Shown in pieces: positions 46,366 to 56,690 of a stretch of DNA of 64,000 nucleotides. The DNA is from Flavobacteriales bacterium UBA7325. GTDB lineage: Bacteria > Bacteroidota > Bacteroidia > Flavobacteriales_D > Crocinitomicaceae. The notes beneath the pieces are model-generated. The model saw nothing but the letters and a program-made list of their open reading frames with translations. It had not been told where the DNA came from and searched no databases. The stretch is taken from contig DKPV01000085.1 in NCBI GenBank assembly GCA_002471375.1, positions 1,347 through 65,346 of the forward strand, written 5' to 3'. The position numbers and the translations under genes were made by a program. Every line of letters starts with the position of its first letter. The first letter of the stretch is position 1.

Positions 46366-47922
46366 ATGGCTGAAGTACTTACAGACCTTGGAATAAAAAA
46401 TATACTGGTTCAATTGAATATTGAGTCAATGAACAATGGCGCATCCACGGGTGGACATTGGTTTAACACACGTGGTGAACAAATCGACTCAATCTCTCCG
46501 GTAGATGGTAGAGTGATTGCCAGTGTAAAATCAGCGACAGAAGTTGACTACGAAGCAGTAGTACTGAAAGCGCAGGAAGCATTTGTTGAGTGGAGAAAAT
46601 GGACTGCTCCAGCTCGAGGTGAAGTTGTTCGTCAATTGGCAACAAAGCTGCGTGAGTATAAAGAAGCGTTAGGTAAATTGGTTTCTTACGAAATGGGGAA
46701 ATCTTACCAAGAAGGTTTAGGTGAAGTTCAGGAAATGATCGATATCTGTGATTTCGCAGTAGGCCTTTCTCGTCAATTGCATGGTTTAACAATGCACTCT
46801 GAACGTCCTGGTCATAGAATGTATGAGCAGTATCACCCACGTGGAATTGTTGGAATAATTTCAGCATTTAATTTCCCAGTTGCAGTTTGGAACTGGAATA
46901 CGGCCCTTGCTTGGGTTTGTGGTGATGTTTGTGTTTGGAAGCCTTCAGAGAAAGCGCCAATTACTTCTATCGCATGTCAAGAAATTACAAGACAGGTTTT
47001 TGAAGCAAATGGAGTTCCAGAAGGAGTTTCAGGATTAGTTATTGGTGGAGCAGACTTGGGAATTTTGATGTCAAACGATACAAGAATTCCTTTAGTTTCT
47101 GCAACGGGTTCAACTAGAATGGGGAAATCTGTTAGCGCAGCTGTTGGGGCTCGCTTGGGGACATCACTTTTAGAATTAGGTGGAAACAACGCTATTATCG
47201 TGACGCCATCAGCGGACCTAAAAATTGTTCTTCCAGGAGCAGTGTTTGGGGCAGTTGGTACAGGTGGACAACGTTGTACATCGACAAGAAGACTGATTAT
47301 TCACGAAGATGTATATGATACGTTTGTAAGCGCAATTGTCAATGCATATGGTCAATTGAGAGTTGGAAATCCATTGGATGAAAACAATCACGTTGGACCA
47401 CTTATTGATCATGATGCGGTGAACGCATACTTGCAAGCATTAGAAGATGCCAAAGCTGAAGGAGGGAACATTCTTGTTGAAGGAGGTGTATACGAAGGAG
47501 AAGGATATGAATCTGGATGCTACGTAAAACCTGCGGTTGTTGAAGCGAATAATTCATTCAAAATTGTTCAGCATGAGACTTTTGCTCCAATTTTATATGT
47601 AATGAAGTACTCAGGTGATGTTACCAACGCAATTGCAATGCAGAATGATGTGCCACAAGGTTTATCATCAGCAATTATGACGAATAGCCTGAAAGAATCA
47701 GAAGCATTCTTGTCAGCGCAAGGTTCTGATTGTGGAATTGCCAATGTAAACATCGGGACATCTGGTGCTGAAATCGGCGGAGCATTCGGAGGTGAGAAAG
47801 AAACAGGAGGAGGACGTGAGTCTGGATCTGATGCTTGGAAGGTTTATATGAGAAGACAAACGAATACAATCAACTATACGGATGAATTGCCATTAGCGCA
47901 AGGAATCAAGTTTGAGTTGTAG
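46366..47922 (+). CDS. aldehyde dehydrogenase, ALDH7/antiquitin-like (alpha-aminoadipic semialdehyde dehydrogenase family)
   Basis: 518 aa. The N-terminus ...NNGASTGGHWFNTRGEQIDSISPVDG is typical of the ALDH7/AmaB type. ELGGNNA and catalytic GQRCTSTRR. Confidence 0.88.
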   Translation: MAEVLTDLGIKNILVQLNIESMNNGASTGGHWFNTRGEQIDSISPVDGRVIASVKSATEVDYEAVVLKAQEAFVEWRKWTAPARGEVVRQLATKLREYKEALGKLVSYEMGKSYQEGLGEVQEMIDICDFAVGLSRQLHGLTMHSERPGHRMYEQYHPRGIVGIISAFNFPVAVWNWNTALAWVCGDVCVWKPSEKAPITSIACQEITRQVFEANGVPEGVSGLVIGGADLGILMSNDTRIPLVSATGSTRMGKSVSAAVGARLGTSLLELGGNNAIIVTPSADLKIVLPGAVFGAVGTGGQRCTSTRRLIIHEDVYDTFVSAIVNAYGQLRVGNPLDENNHVGPLIDHDAVNAYLQALEDAKAEGGNILVEGGVYEGEGYESGCYVKPAVVEANNSFKIVQHETFAPILYVMKYSGDVTNAIAMQNDVPQGLSSAIMTNSLKESEAFLSAQGSDCGIANVNIGTSGAEIGGAFGGEKETGGGRESGSDAWKVYMRRQTNTINYTDELPLAQGIKFEL

Positions 47923-47938
47923 TCAACCATATTCTATC

Positions 47939-47975
47939 AAAAGCCTCCACGATTTTCGTGGAGGCTTTTTTATTT
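47939..47975. terminator. bidirectional rho-independent terminator
   Basis: AAAAGCCTCCACG-ATTTT-CGTGGAGGCTTTTTTATTT. Perfect 11-bp GC-rich stem flanked by an A-run and a T-run, between convergent genes ending at 47922 and 47997. Confidence 0.85.
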
Positions 47976-47996
47976 AAAAAAGTAAAAGAGGAAGAG

Positions 47997-48383
47997 TTAA
48001 TTCCAGTTGAAGAAAGTATCTCCCTTTATTGAATTGTGGAGTGTGTTTCGAAGCTTATCTAAGCGCTTTTTTGAGGATACATCACCATTTTTGGCCTCTT
48101 CCTTTAATCGATAATACATCTGCATAGTCTCTCCAAATAGATCCTGATCCAGACGATTCTTTATCGAGGCTATCTTGCTGTTAATTTCAATTAAGAAATG
48201 TTCGATGTCACCAAGCTCTTTTGTTTCGTCTGTTGAGCTGTCTTTTTTGTGAACAAGGTATACGTAGCGAGGGAGAATCTCACCAAGAATTGAGTTGAAT
48301 TGATCCAGCTCTTGATTTAGGGTTTCCTTATGCTTTTTGAAGTCCATATGGTACAATTTACTAAAAATGTAGGATCGCCACAA
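47997..48383 (-). CDS. hypothetical helical protein
   Basis: 128 aa, hydrophilic and coiled-coil-like, with no recognisable family. The start may be the internal ATG at 48347 (MDFKKHKETL). Confidence 0.45.
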   Translation of the reverse strand: MWRSYIFSKLYHMDFKKHKETLNQELDQFNSILGEILPRYVYLVHKKDSSTDETKELGDIEHFLIEINSKIASIKNRLDQDLFGETMQMYYRLKEEAKNGDVSSKKRLDKLRNTLHNSIKGDTFFNWN

Positions 48384-48430
48384 TGGTATTCAATAGTTTT
48401 AACAATTAATATTATTCCTCAATGATTGCT

Positions 48431-48438
48431 TACTTTTG
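48431..48438 (+). promoter_or_regulatory. -7 promoter motif TACTTTTG immediately upstream of hemW
   Basis: Exact TAnnTTTG, ending 4 nt before the GTG start at 48443. Confidence 0.35.
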
Positions 48439-48442
48439 ATTC

Positions 48443-49564
48443 GTGGCAGGTATTTACATTCACATTCCTTTTTGCAAGCAAAAGTGCACATACTGCGACT
48501 TTCACTTTAGTACATCCTTTGATTCGTACCGTGAAAGAATGCTAGATTCGATCTGTCAAGAACTATCGGATCAGGTGACTTATTTGGAAGGAAAAACAAT
48601 CGAAACGATCTACTTTGGGGGAGGAACACCAAGCTTGCTCACACAAGTGGAATTAGCCAAAATTCTTGATACGATACATGCTAATTATCAGATTGTCTCT
48701 TATCCAGAGATTACTTTAGAATCGAACCCTGATGATATATCTTTAGAGTCACTCAAAATGTGGAACCTCGCTGGGGTCAATAGACTTAGTATCGGTCTTC
48801 AATCGTTTAAACCTGAAGACTTAGAGTGGATGAATCGTGCCCACACTGTAGATGAAGCCCTAAATTGTATTCAACTAGCGAAGAGTATCGGATTTGAGAA
48901 TATAACGGTTGATTTGATTTATGGACTACCGAATCTTACAATGGATGAGTGGCAGAACCACATTCTCACAGTCTTGTCTATGGATGTTCCTCATATCTCG
49001 GCGTACTGTTTGACGGTTGAAGCGAAAACAGCCTTGGCCAACATGGTCAAGAAGGGTAAAATAGTTCCTGCTTCTGAAGACATTCAAAGTGATCAGTTTC
49101 TCTTACTTCTCAATACACTCGAACAGAATGACTACCAGCAGTATGAAATTTCGAATTTCTCGAAACCGGGAGCAGAATCAAGACACAACGGTAATTACTG
49201 GAAGGGAGAATGGTATTTAGGGGTTGGTCCTTCAGCTCATTCGTTTAATGGAGTGTCTAGAAGATGGAATGTTTCCAATAATCAAATCTATATGAAATCT
49301 TTAGAGGACGAAGAGCCTTATAGTGAGACAGAAGTTCTTTCACCAGATAATCAATTTAATGAGCGGATCTTGATTGGACTGCGAACGATGCGCGGTGTCA
49401 ACATCGAAGAACTGCAACAAATCCAAAAGCTCCCGGATGAGTTTGCAGAGAAGATATCGGATTTCGAAAAGTCAGATTGGTTAGCGGTTAATGGTTTAAC
49501 TATAGCGCTTACAAAAGAAGGAAGACTTAGAGCAGATTATATTGCTTCCGAATTATTTGTGTAA
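48443..49564 (+). CDS. hemW: radical SAM heme chaperone HemW (HemN-like, coproporphyrinogen oxidase family)
   Basis: IYIHIPFCKQKCTYCDF (CxxxCxxC), GGGTPS, and a HemN_C-like tail. GTG start. Confidence 0.92.
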   Translation: MAGIYIHIPFCKQKCTYCDFHFSTSFDSYRERMLDSICQELSDQVTYLEGKTIETIYFGGGTPSLLTQVELAKILDTIHANYQIVSYPEITLESNPDDISLESLKMWNLAGVNRLSIGLQSFKPEDLEWMNRAHTVDEALNCIQLAKSIGFENITVDLIYGLPNLTMDEWQNHILTVLSMDVPHISAYCLTVEAKTALANMVKKGKIVPASEDIQSDQFLLLLNTLEQNDYQQYEISNFSKPGAESRHNGNYWKGEWYLGVGPSAHSFNGVSRRWNVSNNQIYMKSLEDEEPYSETEVLSPDNQFNERILIGLRTMRGVNIEELQQIQKLPDEFAEKISDFEKSDWLAVNGLTIALTKEGRLRADYIASELFV

Positions 49565-49589
49565 CAAGTGACCATTCGGTGTCGCCTTC

Positions 49590-49597
49590 TACATTTG
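49590..49597 (+). promoter_or_regulatory. -7 promoter motif TACATTTG
   Basis: Exact TAnnTTTG, 45 nt upstream of ATG 49642 and inside the track's 5' extension. This supports the shorter gene. Confidence 0.35.
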
Positions 49598-49641
49598 TCT
49601 TCAGATTACTCTTATCTTTAGCTTTTGAAAAATTGCTGACT

Positions 49642-52422
49642 ATGAAAATTCTTCTCTTTTTACTTTTGATCGTATGTGCAAATTTGTCGTTTGGTCAAAA
49701 AAAGATTATCGATCACACAGCTTACAATGATTGGAACTCGCTTAGCCGACATCAGGTTTCGAATGATGGAAATTTTGTGACCTACCAAATCAAACCACAT
49801 CGTGGAGACGGGCATCTGTTTATCTATGATGTTAAAAATAATAAGCTTGATTCTATTCCTCGTGCAAAATATGCTCAGATTTCTGGGGAGAGTAGCTATG
49901 TCGCTTTTAAAATCACGCCTACATTTGATTCTCTGCGAACATGTGAATTGGAAGAGATAGAAAAAAAGGACTGGCCAAAGGATTCCCTCGGAATTTATAT
50001 TTTCTCAACAGGTGAATTAATAAAATATGAAAGAGTGAGTTCGTTTGATGTAAATGATGAAACAGATTGGATGGCATTCATGAGTAGGGATAATGAATTG
50101 TCTAACCCAGAGCCAACGAAGAAAAAATGTAGGCTATTTCGAAGAAAACAACCGGCTAAACCAAAATCAACGGGACACATGCTAACGATTTTCAATCCAA
50201 TAACAAATACTAAAAACGAGATTGTCAATGTGAAATCGTTTGAGATTTCTGAGAATGCAAAATACCTTGCCTATTCAACGCATCAAAAAACAGAGGAGGA
50301 TTCAATGCAACTTAACGTCCTAACGTTGTCTTCCATGATGAATTGGGCTGATGCCTTCCAATACAATGATCTTCAAAAAATTGTATTTAATGATCAAGAA
50401 AATAAGCTAGCCTTCCTTTCTTCAAACGATACAAATGAGATTCAAGCATATGAGATAAATATGCATGATCTCGATCTTCAAATGACGACTCTAGTTGCAA
50501 GCGAAGGACAATCTTTTCTTCCAAATGGGCACACAGCAAGCGTACACTATACGCCCGCGTTCACTGACAACGGAGATAAGCTATATTTTGGAGCAGCATT
50601 TAAACCGGAACAGGAACCAGAGGATACCTTGGTTGATTCAGAAGAAGTTCACCTTGACTTGTGGCATTACGCCGATCAACGTCTTCAACCAGAGCAGCTA
50701 CTTGACTTGAAGTATGATTTAAAAAAGACGTCTCTTTATTTATATGATATTAGTTCTGCGAGTGCAGTTCGTTTGTCGGATGATACGCTTAGAGTATGGA
50801 GAGAAACGAACAAAGAAGCCAAGTATGTTTTGGGAACTAGTACTGAACGCTACGCCCACACCTATAATTGGGTGATTCCTTACCCTGAAGATCACTACCG
50901 AGTATCACTCGAAACTGGTGAACGAATGTTGATTCGTGAGGGGAATACTTTTGGTGGCGAGTTGTCTCCATCAGGGGAGTATTATAGCTACTATGATTAT
51001 GGCAATCACAATCATTATGTCATTCATTTACCATCTAATATCCTTTCTTGTGTGACCTGTAAAGTTGACAATGTCAACTGGGAAGAGGATGTGAATGGGA
51101 TGCCAATGGATGCTTATCCTAGAGGCGTGATTGGTTGGACTGAAGGCGAACAAAAAATTCTCGTTCAATCGGAATTTGATATCTGGGCATATGATTTTGG
51201 TACCGAGTTAGTGTCTTCAATCACTAATCAATATGGATCAGAGAATAATGTCGAACTGAACGTCAGAAAATGGTCATACGATAGCACCTACGTATCTAAT
51301 GATAACCTATACATTTTTGGATTTGACAAGAAAACAAAAGGTGTACATTTTTACGACCTTGTAGAACATGGAGATCATTCTGATCTTAAAGAAACAGCTT
51401 ATTATGATGCTGGGGTTTACGGAATTGATCGATCAAAAGACAAGTCTCAGATTGTTCTAAAAAAGATGACAACTGAAGATTATCCAGATTTGCATTTGGC
51501 GGATGCTGGAATGAACACGACGAAACAGATTTCGGTTACGAATCCACAGCAAGATGAATACAATTGGGTGAATGTAGAATTGGTGAATTGGAAGAGTTAT
51601 GATGGGATTGAGCTAGAAGGATTACTCTATAAACCGGAAGATTACGATTCAACAAAACAATACCCATTGATGGTTTACTTCTACGAATTGTACACCGATC
51701 GTTTACACCAACATTATATTCCGAAGCCTACTGCATCAATAATTTATGCGACAGAGTACGCTTCTGCCGGTTACATGGTCTTTATGCCGGATATTCGATA
51801 TAAGGAGGGGCATCCAGCGAAATCAGCTTATGATTGTATATTGAGTGGGACGGATCATGTTTTGGAATTATACCCCAATGTGGATTCAACTAGAATGGCC
51901 CTGCAAGGACAATCGTGGGGTGGTTATCAAACGGCTCAGCTAGTTACAATGACTAACCGATACAAAGCTGCAATGGCTGGAGCACCAGTTACAAATATGT
52001 TCTCTGCATATGGTGGTATTCGTTGGGGATCGGGATTAAACCGGCAGTTCCAATACGAAAAGACTCAATCTCGAATTGGATATACGATCTGGGAGAGACC
52101 AGATTTATATGTTGAGAATTCACCACAATTTCACCTGCCTAATGTGGAAACACCCTTAATGATAATGCACAATGATGGCGATGGAGCTGTTCCTTGGTAT
52201 CAAGGAATTGAGTTATTTACTGGACTTAAGCGTCTTGATAAGGAAGCATGGCTTTTGAATTACAATGATGAGGAACACAATTTAATGCGTAATGCGAATC
52301 GAATTGACTTAAGTATTAGAATGCGACAGTTCTTTGATCACTACTTGCAAGGAAAGGAAGCACCAACTTGGTTGAAAGAAGGTATTCCAGCAACAGTGAA
52401 GGGTAAGGAACTGCGTTACTAA
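49642..52422 (+). CDS. S9-family serine peptidase (prolyl oligopeptidase/DPP-like) with a long N-terminal propeller region
   Basis: Signal peptide MKILLFLLLIVCANLSFGQ. Nucleophile elbow GQSWGGY, then the Asp/His region (HNDGDGAVP...EEHNL). Confidence 0.9.
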   Translation: MKILLFLLLIVCANLSFGQKKIIDHTAYNDWNSLSRHQVSNDGNFVTYQIKPHRGDGHLFIYDVKNNKLDSIPRAKYAQISGESSYVAFKITPTFDSLRTCELEEIEKKDWPKDSLGIYIFSTGELIKYERVSSFDVNDETDWMAFMSRDNELSNPEPTKKKCRLFRRKQPAKPKSTGHMLTIFNPITNTKNEIVNVKSFEISENAKYLAYSTHQKTEEDSMQLNVLTLSSMMNWADAFQYNDLQKIVFNDQENKLAFLSSNDTNEIQAYEINMHDLDLQMTTLVASEGQSFLPNGHTASVHYTPAFTDNGDKLYFGAAFKPEQEPEDTLVDSEEVHLDLWHYADQRLQPEQLLDLKYDLKKTSLYLYDISSASAVRLSDDTLRVWRETNKEAKYVLGTSTERYAHTYNWVIPYPEDHYRVSLETGERMLIREGNTFGGELSPSGEYYSYYDYGNHNHYVIHLPSNILSCVTCKVDNVNWEEDVNGMPMDAYPRGVIGWTEGEQKILVQSEFDIWAYDFGTELVSSITNQYGSENNVELNVRKWSYDSTYVSNDNLYIFGFDKKTKGVHFYDLVEHGDHSDLKETAYYDAGVYGIDRSKDKSQIVLKKMTTEDYPDLHLADAGMNTTKQISVTNPQQDEYNWVNVELVNWKSYDGIELEGLLYKPEDYDSTKQYPLMVYFYELYTDRLHQHYIPKPTASIIYATEYASAGYMVFMPDIRYKEGHPAKSAYDCILSGTDHVLELYPNVDSTRMALQGQSWGGYQTAQLVTMTNRYKAAMAGAPVTNMFSAYGGIRWGSGLNRQFQYEKTQSRIGYTIWERPDLYVENSPQFHLPNVETPLMIMHNDGDGAVPWYQGIELFTGLKRLDKEAWLLNYNDEEHNLMRNANRIDLSIRMRQFFDHYLQGKEAPTWLKEGIPATVKGKELRY

Positions 52423-52427
52423 ATTTG
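52420..52427 (+). promoter_or_regulatory. -7 promoter motif TAAATTTG
   Basis: Exact TAnnTTTG overlapping the peptidase stop codon, 20 nt upstream of the ATG at 52447. Confidence 0.4.
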
Positions 52428-52446
52428 CTAATTAGGATTTAACACC

Positions 52447-53889
52447 ATGAAGAAACTTCAGAACTTTATTAACGGGAATTATTGTGATCCATGCTCGGGA
52501 GAGTACATCGATAATTTTGAACCGGCAACAGGGGAAGTATATTCCTTGATTCCAAATTCGAACGCTGATGATGTTCAGGGCGCAGTTACCGCTGCGGAAC
52601 AAGCTTTTCCAATTTGGTCGAATATGAGCATTGAAGAGCGATCTGAAATTCTCGTGAAGTTGTCTCAGGGTATTGAAGCGCGCATGGACGAATTCGTGGA
52701 CGCGGAATCTCGTGATAATGGAAAACCGAGATCTCTGGCGGCTCATGTGGATATACCAAGAGCCGTTTCTAACTTTCATTTCTTCGCAACAGCAATTTTG
52801 CACTACGCATCAGAGTCGCATAACATGGTAGGTGTTGGCGTAAATTATACACTACGCAAACCAATTGGTATCGTCGGATGTATTTCACCATGGAACTTGC
52901 CGCTGTACTTATTTTCCTGGAAAATCGCACCTGCCTTGGCTGCAGGAAATTGTGTAATTGCCAAACCATCTGAAGTAACACCATACACGGCATATCTGCT
53001 TGGGGAAGTGGCAAAGGAAGCTGGAATGCCTCCGGGAGTCTTGAACATTCTGCACGGAGAAGGTGGAAGTGTTGGAGATGCAATAGTAAAACACCCCAAA
53101 ATTAAAGCGATATCATTTACTGGCGGAACGAATACAGGAGAGTATATTGCACGGACGGCGGCACCAATGTTCAAGAAACTGTCACTTGAATTGGGGGGGA
53201 AAAATCCAAATATAATATTTGCTGATTGTGATTTTGATGAGATGTTGAGTACTACTTTGCGCTCATCATTTGCTAATCAAGGTCAAATATGTCTTTGCGG
53301 TTCGCGGATATTTGTACAACGTGAAATATATGACCGTTTTAAAGCGGCTTTTGTAGATAGAGTTAGTAAAACTGTAGTAAGCAATCCTCAAGATCCAAAA
53401 GCGAAGTTAGGTGCGGTAGTTTCAAAACCTCATATGGAAAAGGTGTTATCCTATGTTGAATTGGCAAAAGAAGAAGGTGGAACAGTTTTAACGGGAGGCG
53501 AACGAGTTATTCTCGATGCACCATATGATAAAGGCTATTTCCTTCGTCCTACAGTGATTGAAGGGCTTGACTTTAAATGTCGAACAAATCAGGAAGAGAT
53601 TTTTGGGCCGGTTGTAACGATTACACCATTCGATACGGAGGAAGAGGTCCTAGAAATGGCAAATTCAACGCAATATGGGTTGAGTGCTACACTATGGACG
53701 TCAAACTTGAAGAGAGCGCACCGTATGGCCAATGAGTTAGATGCAGGTATTGTCTGGATCAACGCATGGCTTGTTCGTGATTTGAGAACTCCATTCGGCG
53801 GAACCAAATCTTCAGGTGTTGGTCGCGAAGGAGGCTGGGAAGCACTTCGATTCTTTACTGAAGCGAAAAACGTTTTTGTAAAGTATTAA
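52447..53889 (+). CDS. NAD(P)-dependent aldehyde dehydrogenase
   Basis: 480 aa. ELGGKNP, catalytic GQICLCGSR, and C-terminal EEIFGPV. Confidence 0.92.
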   Translation: MKKLQNFINGNYCDPCSGEYIDNFEPATGEVYSLIPNSNADDVQGAVTAAEQAFPIWSNMSIEERSEILVKLSQGIEARMDEFVDAESRDNGKPRSLAAHVDIPRAVSNFHFFATAILHYASESHNMVGVGVNYTLRKPIGIVGCISPWNLPLYLFSWKIAPALAAGNCVIAKPSEVTPYTAYLLGEVAKEAGMPPGVLNILHGEGGSVGDAIVKHPKIKAISFTGGTNTGEYIARTAAPMFKKLSLELGGKNPNIIFADCDFDEMLSTTLRSSFANQGQICLCGSRIFVQREIYDRFKAAFVDRVSKTVVSNPQDPKAKLGAVVSKPHMEKVLSYVELAKEEGGTVLTGGERVILDAPYDKGYFLRPTVIEGLDFKCRTNQEEIFGPVVTITPFDTEEEVLEMANSTQYGLSATLWTSNLKRAHRMANELDAGIVWINAWLVRDLRTPFGGTKSSGVGREGGWEALRFFTEAKNVFVKY

Positions 53890-54617
53890 TCGTGCGTTTT
53901 TGAAGAGGATTCTATCAATCGATAGATCTCGTTCAATTCATCCTTGGTTAAATCACGATATTCACCTACAGGAACATCGAGCTCAATGTTCATGATTCGA
54001 ACACGCTTCAGTTTACGAACATTATAACCCAGATATTCGGACATACGTCGAATCTGACGGTTCAAGCCCTGTGTTAATATAATCTTGAATTCATAGCGAC
54101 TCAAGCGTTCCACATTACACTTCCTAGTAACGGTATCAAGAATCGGTACACCATTCGACATTTCAGAAATAAATTCATTCGTAATTTGTCTGTCAACAGT
54201 AACGATGTATTCTTTTTCGTGATTGTTTCTTGCGCGAAGAATCTTGTTTACGATATCACCATCATTTGTCAAAAAAATTAGTCCCTCACTAGGTTTATCT
54301 AGTCGACCAATTGGAAATATGCGTGTGGGATAATTGATATAATCGATAATGTTATCTCGCTCTACTCCACGATCAGTTGTACAAACGATTCCAATGGGTT
54401 TATTGAATGCAATATAGACAGCGGGTTCATTCGCCTTCGAGATGAGTTTTCCATCCACGCGCACCTCATCAGACGATGAAATCTTTGTCCCCATTTCTGG
54501 CACTTCGCCGTTGATGGTTACACGCCCTTGATCGATTAGCTTATCCGCAGCTCTTCTAGAGCAATATCCTGCCTCACTGAGGTATTTATTAATCCGCGTT
54601 TTTTGTTCTTCACTCAT
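53886..54617 (-). CDS. RluF/RluB-type rRNA pseudouridine synthase (RsuA family)
   Basis: S4 domain [21 protein letters not shown], catalytic [17 protein letters not shown], and NREIRRM-like LNRQIRRM. Confidence 0.9.
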   Translation of the reverse strand: MSEEQKTRINKYLSEAGYCSRRAADKLIDQGRVTINGEVPEMGTKISSSDEVRVDGKLISKANEPAVYIAFNKPIGIVCTTDRGVERDNIIDYINYPTRIFPIGRLDKPSEGLIFLTNDGDIVNKILRARNNHEKEYIVTVDRQITNEFISEMSNGVPILDTVTRKCNVERLSRYEFKIILTQGLNRQIRRMSEYLGYNVRKLKRVRIMNIELDVPVGEYRDLTKDELNEIYRLIESSSKTHD

Positions 54618-54639
54618 TTATAAATGCGAAGTTACAAGA

Positions 54640-54900
54640 ATGACTCGAATTAGCGTCGAGGACGAGCTGTTCATTCTTCGAATGGCACTCTCTATGGCTG
54701 GTTTTCAGCAGCGAATTCAATTTGTCTTTTTCTCTTTTGTAGCGTTGATAAATAATCCGGTGCGAGTTTATCTCCAAATTGTAAGGCTGAGGTCTCAGAT
54801 TTACCTAGATTATGATTTGGTAACAGCATTCAAAGCGATCCCAATGTGGGAGGCCACGTTGAGCGATTTGGAGAAGCTCGAAGCGAAGGAAGAAGATTGA
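54640..54900 (+). CDS. possible small protein (86 aa), unverified
   Basis: This is the only ORF in a 356-bp gap. A strong plus-strand intrinsic terminator follows 26 nt after its stop. No recognisable family and an odd composition. Confidence 0.3.
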   Translation: MTRISVEDELFILRMALSMAGFQQRIQFVFFSFVALINNPVRVYLQIVRLRSQIYLDYDLVTAFKAIPMWEATLSDLEKLEAKEED

Positions 54901-54925
54901 AAATCCTGTTTTTTTTGAACAGAAA

Positions 54926-54965
54926 GCACCCTGCCAGAATTTCTGGTAGGGCGCCTTTTTGTTTT
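54926..54965 (+). terminator. rho-independent terminator (may also serve the convergent protease gene)
   Basis: GCACCCTGCCAGA-ATT-TCTGGTAGGGCGC, a stem of ~12 bp with one G-U pair and one mismatch, followed by CTTTTTGTTTT. Confidence 0.7.
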
Positions 54966-54973
54966 AAAACCTA

Positions 54974-56635
54974 TTACTTGTTGATTACAATAGTCTCAAC
55001 TTGTGATTCTTCGGAAGAAATAACACGAACTATGTAAGCTCCATTATCCGCATTTGAAAGATTTAAACTTGTTTTGGTTGAATTAATTGATTGAGTCAAA
55101 ATAACTCTACCAGTCATATCTGAAATAGAAACAATTGTTCCTTTCAAAGATGTTGTTCCTAGATCTAGTGAGAAAACTCCATTACTTGGGTTTGGACTAA
55201 CGGTAAACAAGTTGTGTCCTAATTTATCCAATGATGCAGTCGCTTGGGTTGGATCGTATCCATAGTTTGTTGTTGCACTACCATCACATGCGTTTGGATC
55301 TAGGTACGCACTAGCACCTAGTCCCCAAGAAACTCCAAATCGACCATAAAAATCGTATTGGTTGTTATCGTTAGTTCCGCTACAAGCAGCAACTCCTCCA
55401 TATAGTTGTCCGATAATACGTCCTTCTTGGTCAAATAAAGGTGAACCTGATGAACCAGGTTCAGTCACTCCATTATCCCAATCGTCAATAAACCAAACTG
55501 CAGCACCACCAACGCTTTGATGGTACGGAGAATCTTGCTCTTCACAGATTTTCTTGATATCTCCAGATGGATGGTGTATCCCGACAGCGCTCGAAATAGT
55601 ACCGTCCGTATCAACGTTGTTCCAACCAGCATAGTAGCATCCCCAATTCGATGCATCAGTTACTGTCATGTTATCAATTTCTAGAAGTGCGAAATCAGAA
55701 GAGCCACTGCTGGAAAGAACTGTAGCGCCGTTTGCAGTCTGATCCCAGTTAGATGAACTGTTATAAGCTCCTGCAGTATTTGTTGTTGTTGCGCAAGAAA
55801 GTGAAGCGTCACCCGCTGCAACTTCCCAGTTAAATCGGAATGCCCAACTTCCTGTAGAACCACCTAGACAGTGATTTGCTGTGAGGAAGTATGGTGTTCC
55901 ATCATTACACGTATTGTTGATTAAAGCTCCTGTACAAATACCAGAACCACCTACAACAATCATTGCAACTGAACGGATTTGATTATTCCATAAGTCCCCT
56001 AGTGGGCAACGAACATCAATATTACAATCTCCTGAGCTATTAAGCGCTTTTGCTAGATTGTTTTGGACGTTTGTAAGTGTTCTGTATCCATGAATTACGT
56101 TGGCTATGGTAATTGACCCTTGTCCAATTAAATTCGCAGGCTCATAATACTCTACTATCATGTGATCACCTCTCATTAATTCAGTTCCAAGAAGACCATC
56201 TTCTCTATTGTTTCTTGCAGTGTATGCACCCACACGATTCGTGTTTTCTGCATCATGCAAATACAATGAAGCTCCCTCAGGAATCATCACATCTTCAAGT
56301 AAAAGATTCATCGTAATGGCGTCATTTGATATAATTGAAAGTCGCCAAACACGTCCTCCATCTGCAAGATTTTCCCAAGACCCTGAATTATCGAGTGTAT
56401 AATCCGTATCAAACTTATATCCGAATCGGTAAGGAATGGACTTGTCAAGATCATTTACTAAATCTTGCGCTTCCACAACGTTCATGTCGAATGACTTCAT
56501 CTTCTTACTTGGAAGATTCGTTGCACTTTTTAATGACATTTTCCAACTCATTGGACCACCTAAGTCAGTTATTTGCCCGAATGATGACCCGCTTAAAAAA
56601 GCAGCTGCACATACGATGAGTAGTTTTCTTTTCAT
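54974..56635 (-). CDS. secreted S1-family (lysyl endopeptidase-like) serine protease with a T9SS C-terminal sorting domain
   Basis: Signal peptide. His context YFLTANHC and Ser context EPGSSGSPLF. CTD LFTVSPNPSNGVFSLDL...GAYIVRVISSEESQVETIVINK. Confidence 0.85.
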   Translation of the reverse strand: MKRKLLIVCAAAFLSGSSFGQITDLGGPMSWKMSLKSATNLPSKKMKSFDMNVVEAQDLVNDLDKSIPYRFGYKFDTDYTLDNSGSWENLADGGRVWRLSIISNDAITMNLLLEDVMIPEGASLYLHDAENTNRVGAYTARNNREDGLLGTELMRGDHMIVEYYEPANLIGQGSITIANVIHGYRTLTNVQNNLAKALNSSGDCNIDVRCPLGDLWNNQIRSVAMIVVGGSGICTGALINNTCNDGTPYFLTANHCLGGSTGSWAFRFNWEVAAGDASLSCATTTNTAGAYNSSSNWDQTANGATVLSSSGSSDFALLEIDNMTVTDASNWGCYYAGWNNVDTDGTISSAVGIHHPSGDIKKICEEQDSPYHQSVGGAAVWFIDDWDNGVTEPGSSGSPLFDQEGRIIGQLYGGVAACSGTNDNNQYDFYGRFGVSWGLGASAYLDPNACDGSATTNYGYDPTQATASLDKLGHNLFTVSPNPSNGVFSLDLGTTSLKGTIVSISDMTGRVILTQSINSTKTSLNLSNADNGAYIVRVISSEESQVETIVINK

Positions 56636-56690
56636 AGTTCTAGCTTAATTATATTAATTGTTGAAAGCCCAATACCATTGGACTATCGTG

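Noticed and set aside
46463-46867. 134-aa minus-strand ORF inside the ALDH7-like gene
   Set aside because: It is entirely antisense to a strongly supported conserved CDS, has low-complexity composition and matches no family. This is the typical shadow ORF. The same reasoning applies to the other antisense or out-of-frame track ORFs, e.g. 1286-1609, 2030-2380, 9625-9924, 21798-22151, 23076-23420, 25468-25794, 26950-27294, 62416-62877.
52432-53174. Several minus-strand ORFs (52432-52803, 52769-53083, 52845-53174, 52909-53094) overlapping the aldehyde dehydrogenase
   Set aside because: They are mutually overlapping in different frames and all antisense to a full-length conserved ALDH. They are not credible genes.
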